64,000 nt of DNA, taken from positions 96,001 to 160,000 of the forward strand of contig CAVUXE010000015.1 in assembly GCA_963745235.1 (NCBI GenBank). Reading direction: 5' to 3'. Numbering within the stretch: position 1 is the first letter of the stretch; each line of letters opens with the position of its first letter. Origin of the DNA: an uncultured Spirochaetota bacterium (GTDB lineage Bacteria > Spirochaetota > Spirochaetia > SZUA-6 > Fen-1364). The notes under the pieces were generated by a model that worked only from the letters and a program-made list of their open reading frames with translations, had not been told where the DNA came from and made no database searches. Of the stretch, positions 59,424 to 64,000 are shown in pieces. Made by a program: the position numbers and the translations under genes.

Positions 59424-60459
59424 GGCCGTGGGGATGGTCAGGCTTGTCACGCCACTGGAGGACTTGAAGCCGTTATCTGCGATGGCCGTCACGGGTCTCG
59501 CCGCCCAGTACGCAGGGATAACCACCGCCCCGGACCCGCCGCTGCCGGCGGCCACGCTGTAATGCGCGCCAGAATCGATGAGCGTATAGGCGAGGCCATT
59601 GGTCGTGGTGCACCACTCGGCGTAGAGCGTGGTGTTTTGCGTAAGCGCATCGGTTGCGAAATTCCACTGCGTCGTGCAGGCCGAGTCCCTGAACCACCCG
59701 ACCAGGCCGGAGCCGCTTTTGACAGGGGCGGTAGGCTCGGTTGCCAGTGAGCCGGAAAACAACGTTCTGCGGCAAGACGGCAGTCCCGCCTTGCGAGTCG
59801 AATGTCAGCACATTGGTCGGGAGAGTCGTCCAATCAGCGTACAAGATGACATCCGCGTTCCCCATTTTGAACGTCTGTCCCGCGACGTAGGGAGTGCCGC
59901 TCCCGTTTGCCTTGGTATTCCAGCCGATGAACGTGTATGTGATCCCGGAGACAACTTTCGCGAAACCGGGGAGCGTGGACGACACCATCACGGTGCTGCC
60001 CTGGGCATAGCCGAGTGGGTCCACCGGCGCGATGCCTGCCGTATTCCCGTTGCCGTTGTACGTCACCGTGTACGTTGTGGTCGAAGGAGAAGGCTCTCCA
60101 GAGCCCGACGGAACGTGACACGCGACGAAGGCGACTGCCGCGATTGCGGCGATAAGACTGCAAGCCAGAAAGCGGAAACAATTCTGATTCATGTGTCTGC
60201 TCCATCGAAGAAACAATTTGACTGAAAATACCCTGGATTTCTGAGCGGTCCCTGTCACTCATGGAGACAGCCCCGCCTTGGTGAATTATAGCCTGAGCCC
60301 GCGCTCATTTCCATGGATGACAGGCAAATCAATTTCCTGTCGGCTGGGCGTGGAGGCCTTCGAGCCGAGCCGCGGGAACAGTCTCCTTTCGGCACAACAA
60401 CGAGAGGGTTGTCAGCTGGCGCTGGCTTACCATGACAACGCCGGCAGGAGCGGCGCGGG

Positions 60460-61404
60460 TCACCCCTGGATGGTCGCCAGGAACGAAGTGATAGCCTCGC
60501 GAGCTTCATCCAGTCGGCCCGCCAGGAAGTGTCCGCCGATGGAGAATGTCACCAGCCTCGAGCCCTTGATGAGCTCATGCGTATGGAGGGCGTGCCGCAA
60601 AGGGACCAGCCCGTCATCTTCGCAGTGAATCACGAGCGTGGGAACTTTCACGCGGGCAGGGAAGTCGAAGGGGAAGCTTCGGCTTTCATCCAGACGTATT
60701 CCCGGCAACCGCAGTCCCATGGGGTTCATCTCTACCAGCGTGCGGTTGACGGCGGCAACGGCTCGTGGGCTGAGGCCGGCCTGGACCTTCTGCGGAATCC
60801 CGAGCATCTGGAGCAACTTTGGCCTCATCGCCTTGTCCACTGCCCAGTAGACAAAGCTTCCGCCGATTGCGGAATCGACAGTCTTTGCTTTTCGATCAGC
60901 CCCGGGTGACACCCTTTCCACCATGCTCACGGCGGATACCATCACAAGGGCTTTGACGCGGTCGGGGTGACGGACCGCAAAAGTGAGCCCGGAAAGCCCG
61001 CCTGCGGAGAAAGCCAATACCGCGACCGGCTCGTGGACACCCAGTGCATCGAGGAGACCGGCGTACATGTCGGCCTGCGCCTCAAGGGAGCTGTCAGCCG
61101 CGACTGGCTGGCCTGCATATCCGAAACGTGACGGCGCGATCACCCTCATCCCGTCCCCGAGGGCGTATTCGCCCAGCATCAGGCCCTGGTCAAATCCGCC
61201 TCCTGCCCCGTGAATGACAAGCACAGGCTGCCCGGCGCCGCGTTCGCCGTACTCCACGAGGCCGCCCCTGGTCATGATTGTCCTGCTTCCCGCGGCGAGC
61301 CGGGCCCGCGCGACCGTCATGTCGCGGAAGTAGCCCGCCAAAATGATGCCCGTGCCCAGAACAAGAACGCCGAGCGCGCCAAGGAGAATCGTCTTGCGCT
61401 TCAT
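60460..61404 (-). CDS. Alpha/beta hydrolase with N-terminal membrane anchor
   Basis: VIHGAGGGFDQG, AFSAGG nucleophile elbow, HCEDDGLV, GGHF. Confidence 0.9.
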   Translation of the reverse strand: MKRKTILLGALGVLVLGTGIILAGYFRDMTVARARLAAGSRTIMTRGGLVEYGERGAGQPVLVIHGAGGGFDQGLMLGEYALGDGMRVIAPSRFGYAGQPVAADSSLEAQADMYAGLLDALGVHEPVAVLAFSAGGLSGLTFAVRHPDRVKALVMVSAVSMVERVSPGADRKAKTVDSAIGGSFVYWAVDKAMRPKLLQMLGIPQKVQAGLSPRAVAAVNRTLVEMNPMGLRLPGIRLDESRSFPFDFPARVKVPTLVIHCEDDGLVPLRHALHTHELIKGSRLVTFSIGGHFLAGRLDEAREAITSFLATIQG

Positions 61405-61463
61405 GCTGCGCCTGCCGGCAAGAACCCCGTCACCACGTCCAGAATCACCGCGAAAGTCCTCAT
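61401..61463 (-). CDS. 20-aa mini-ORF coupled to the hydrolase
   Basis: GGAGG RBS, then MRTFAVILDVVTGFLPAGAA*; the stop overlaps the hydrolase ATG (ATGA). Confidence 0.45.
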   Translation of the reverse strand: MRTFAVILDVVTGFLPAGAA

Positions 61464-61484
61464 GTTGCTCTTCCTCCGTTTGAA

Positions 61485-62060
61485 TTATTTCAGAATGTTA
61501 TCGACGAGCCGATCGATGACACGATCCACAACGGCTTCATCCAGGACATCCAGGCCGGCAAACTTCTCGAGATCCCCTCCCCGCGCGGCCATGGCCTGGA
61601 GCGGAGCGACGATCTGGATCGCCGTGACCCGGATCTCCGGTTCGGTCAATCCAGCGCCGAAGTGCTCCCGGAGCAGCGGCAACAGGATCCGCTCCGGGCC
61701 GTAGTCCCCGCCCAGAAGCGCTCGTTTCGCCAGCATCCGTGTCAGGCTGGGGAAGCGCAGCCCCACCTTCGACGTTTGCTTCAGGATCGATCGCACCTTT
61801 TCGGAGGGCTTCCCCGCGGCGCCGCGCTGAGCCATGGGGTCTTTCAGGTCCACATCCCTCTGCATCAGCTCACCGATAGCCTGGTCGAGGAGGCTGTCTT
61901 TGGAGCCGAAGTGGTAGTTAAGCAGACCCACTCCTACCTTTGCCCGATTTGCGATCTGCCGGACAGTGAGCGAATCAGGATCCGCTGCCTCGGCCAGCAG
62001 TGCGATGGCGGCGTCAAGCAGGCGCTGTCTGGGATCGACCCTCTCCTTCTTCCTATCCAC
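61485..62060 (-). CDS. TetR/AcrR-family regulator
   Basis: RQRLLDAAIALL..LTVRQIANRAKVGVGLLNYHFGSKDSL; start uncertain (GTG 62060 or ATG 62093). Confidence 0.92.
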   Translation of the reverse strand: MDRKKERVDPRQRLLDAAIALLAEAADPDSLTVRQIANRAKVGVGLLNYHFGSKDSLLDQAIGELMQRDVDLKDPMAQRGAAGKPSEKVRSILKQTSKVGLRFPSLTRMLAKRALLGGDYGPERILLPLLREHFGAGLTEPEIRVTAIQIVAPLQAMAARGGDLEKFAGLDVLDEAVVDRVIDRLVDNILK

Positions 62061-62068
62061 TCGTTGCC

Positions 62069-62100
62069 CATGTTCAAACTTTGTTCTGAACATGTTCAGA
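62069..62100. promoter_or_regulatory. TetR-type operator
   Basis: Perfect palindrome TCTGAACATGTTCAGA (62085-62100) plus adjacent half-site CATGTTCAAA. Confidence 0.75.
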
Positions 62101-62173
62101 TGATATGGGCCTCAAGGAGATTTGTCAAGAGGCCAGCCTGACAAGGGTCCTGGCTGAATCTTGACAGGCGTGG

Positions 62174-62422
62174 TCACGCCGCCCGGCGTCGCAGTCTAAG
62201 TACTTGCCAAGCCACAATTGTCACCCAGGCGCAGTAGACCACTGCCAGAAGACGGTTTGCCCATCCAACGACGCCTATTACTCCGGGCGGCAGTGTTTTC
62301 GGGACACCGGCATTCGGATCACCACCAGCCCGGGTAAAGGAAACCATCATGAGGATCAAGGCTGCCATCATCAAGCAAGCACAAAATGGCGAGAAAGAGG
62401 ACCACGCAAATGGACGTTCCAA
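62174..62422 (-). pseudogene. C-terminal fragment of a membrane protein (DUF998-like)
   Basis: Two hydrophobic helices ending GWANRLLAVVYCAWVTIVAWQ; no recognisable N-terminus. Confidence 0.4.
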
Positions 62423-62440
62423 TGGCCAGGCGCGCTGCGG

Positions 62441-62711
62441 TCATCCGGCTCCCCCTTTCATGGAGGCAACGAGGTCGTCGAGCTGATTCATCGTCTCTCG
62501 CATGCCCTTCTCCATTCCGGAGGCGATTGCGGCGTCCCGCGCCTCCTTGGAAGGATACATTTCGCTGGACACGAAGCGCGTGTTGCCCCCAAACTCGTCG
62601 AAGGTCACGGTTACGATCGCCGCCCCGGCATCCGCCATCGACTCGAAGACTTGCGTGTAGACCAGGCGCGACGGCGGAGTCACCACGGCGTATGTGCCCG
62701 AGAACGCGTAG
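62441..62711 (-). pseudogene. C-terminal half of an SRPBCC/AHSA1 protein
   Basis: YAFSGTYAVVTPPSRLVYTQVFE..YPSKEARDAAIASGMEKGMRETMNQLDDLV; no N-terminus. Confidence 0.75.
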
Positions 62712-62822
62712 CGGCTGATTGAGCTTGAGGCGCCGGGCGATGTCGTTGACGGGGCATGCCCCGGCCCGCAGCAGCTCCACGATGCGGAATCGGTTTGGCT
62801 CCAGGATTGCGAGTGCCTGCAT
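62712..62822 (-). pseudogene. N-terminal fragment of an ArsR-family regulator
   Basis: LAILEPNRFRIVELLRAGACPVNDIARRLKLNQP breaks off before the recognition helix. Confidence 0.7.
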
Positions 62823-62952
62823 TTAACAGGGGGGGTGAGGCACCTCGGGCCGCCGCGGCGCGACGGCCCGTACCTGCCACAGCCCTCAACCTGTCTCTTG
62901 TGTCACTGCCCGGCGGTATGGCAGTCTTTCCTGGAATTGCGCGAGGTGGCCC

Positions 62953-64000
62953 GTGACCAACCGTGAGCTTGCCGAGACGTTCTCCTTGATCGCCAACCTC
63001 CTGGAAATCAAGGGTGAAGTAGTCTATGTGACGCTTGCCTATCGCAAGGCGGCTGAAAGCCTGATATCCCTCGCCGGGGACGCCAACCAGTACTGGAAGG
63101 AAGACAGGCTTCGCGAGATCCCCGGCGTGGGGAAGTCCATCGCGGAGAAGATCAACGAGCTGCTGCAGACCGGGCAGGCTGCGTTTCCTCGAAGATCTGG
63201 AGAAGGAAGTCCCCGCCGGGCTTGCTGAATGGCTCCAGGTGCCGGGGCTGGGGCCGAAGAAAGCTGCCCTCATCTGGAAGGAGCTGGGAATCACCTCCCT
63301 GGAGGAGCTGTCGAGCGCCGCGCGGGAAGGCAGGCTGCGCAAGCTGCCCGGCCTGGGAGAGAAGTCCGAGGCGCAGATCATTTCCGGGATCGAGTCTCTT
63401 GCCCGGCGCTCAGGACGCGTCCCCATAGGCCGCGCGTGGCCACTTGCCCGGCAGATCATCGCGGTCCTGAAGAAAGTGCCGGGAGTGGTGGCGGCAGAAC
63501 CGGCGGGGTCCCTCCGCAGGATGCGCCCGACTGTCGGTGACCTGGACATCCTTGTCGCGGCACGGGAGTCCGACGCCGTGATGGAAGCTTTCACGACGCT
63601 TCCCGGCGTGGATCGCGTGCGCGGAAAGGGAGATACCAAGTCCAGCATCGAGTTCGCCGACGGGGTGCGCGCCCAGGTGTGGGTGCACCCGCCGGAGAAG
63701 TTCGGCACGGCCCTGCAGTACGCCACGGGATCGAAGGACCACAACGTCCAGCTGCGGCAGCTCGCGCTGGAGAAAGGACTGTCCCTGTCCGAGCATGCGC
63801 TGACGCGGACGGACGGGTCAGGGGAAATCCTTTGTGCCGCAGAGGAGGAGGTCTACGCCGCTCTCGGTCTGCCGTGGATTCCGCCCGAGCTTCGAGAGGA
63901 CCGGGGGGAGGTGCAGGCCGCCAGGGCCGGGAAGCTGCCGCGGTTGATCGAGATGCAGGACATCAGGGCGGACCTGCACGTTCACTCCACGTGGTCGGAC
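62953..64000 (+). CDS. polX: DNA polymerase X with PHP domain (partial; frameshift at ~63172)
   Basis: MTNRELAETF..AYRKAA, IPGVGKSIAEKI, VPGLGPKK, GSLRR..VGDLDIL, YATGSKDHNV, PPELRE, DLHVHSTWSD at the window edge. Confidence 0.93.

Larger units (their letters stand above)
55695..60192 (-). pseudogene. BspA-type leucine-rich-repeat lipoprotein with two InlB-B-like repeats, interrupted by an IS
   Basis: Lipobox FVAC; YTVTYNGNG..FIGWNT..LYADW and TFDSQGG..GWF..LYAEW; many 23-aa C-x-x-LTSLTIP-x-x-VTSIG-x-x-AF repeats; IS at 57759-59423; frameshifts at ~59758 and ~57165. Confidence 0.88.

Noticed and set aside
11-63796. Numerous long antisense or off-frame ORFs in the track (e.g. 11-958, 49493-50995, 62680-63744)
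   Set aside because: Typical shadow ORFs of high-GC DNA lying opposite well-supported genes, with no motifs of their own.

Overview
GC-rich bacterial chromosomal window. The gene repertoire (BspA-type LRR lipoprotein, Lol-like ABC/LolA-like operon, many sugar-acid genes) suggests a diderm anaerobe, possibly a free-living spirochaete; this is inference only. From left to right: (1) a GntR-controlled catabolic cluster with a three-subunit molybdenum hydroxylase, a split PEP-synthase-like dikinase, a degenerate HPr-kinase-like protein, an MBL hydrolase and an SDR; (2) a hexuronate operon (SDR, uxuA, uxaC) divergent from a GntR gene, a Pot-like ABC transporter and adenosine deaminase; (3) qor, an EamA transporter, a fused phosphomannomutase/mannose-6-P isomerase, manC and an orphan dhaK; (4) a Lol-like export operon ending in a 7-repeat lipoprotein; (5) MFS, PLP decarboxylase and radical SAM genes; (6) an accessory island (~37.6-46.7 kb) with a complete IS66 (14-bp IRs, 8-bp TSD) inserted in a wHTH-PIN-2TM gene, a G-rich structured spacer, an integrase remnant and a RelE/HigA-type toxin-antitoxin pair; (7) a LacI-controlled sugar ABC, URO-D-family, cupin and epimerase operon; (8) a 5'-truncated copper ATPase, a BspA-like gene interrupted by an IS1182-family element, TetR and hydrolase genes, decayed gene fragments and the start of polX. 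At least eight single-base frameshifts, nearly all in homopolymer runs, point to long-read assembly errors. No rRNA, tRNA or CRISPR array was seen.
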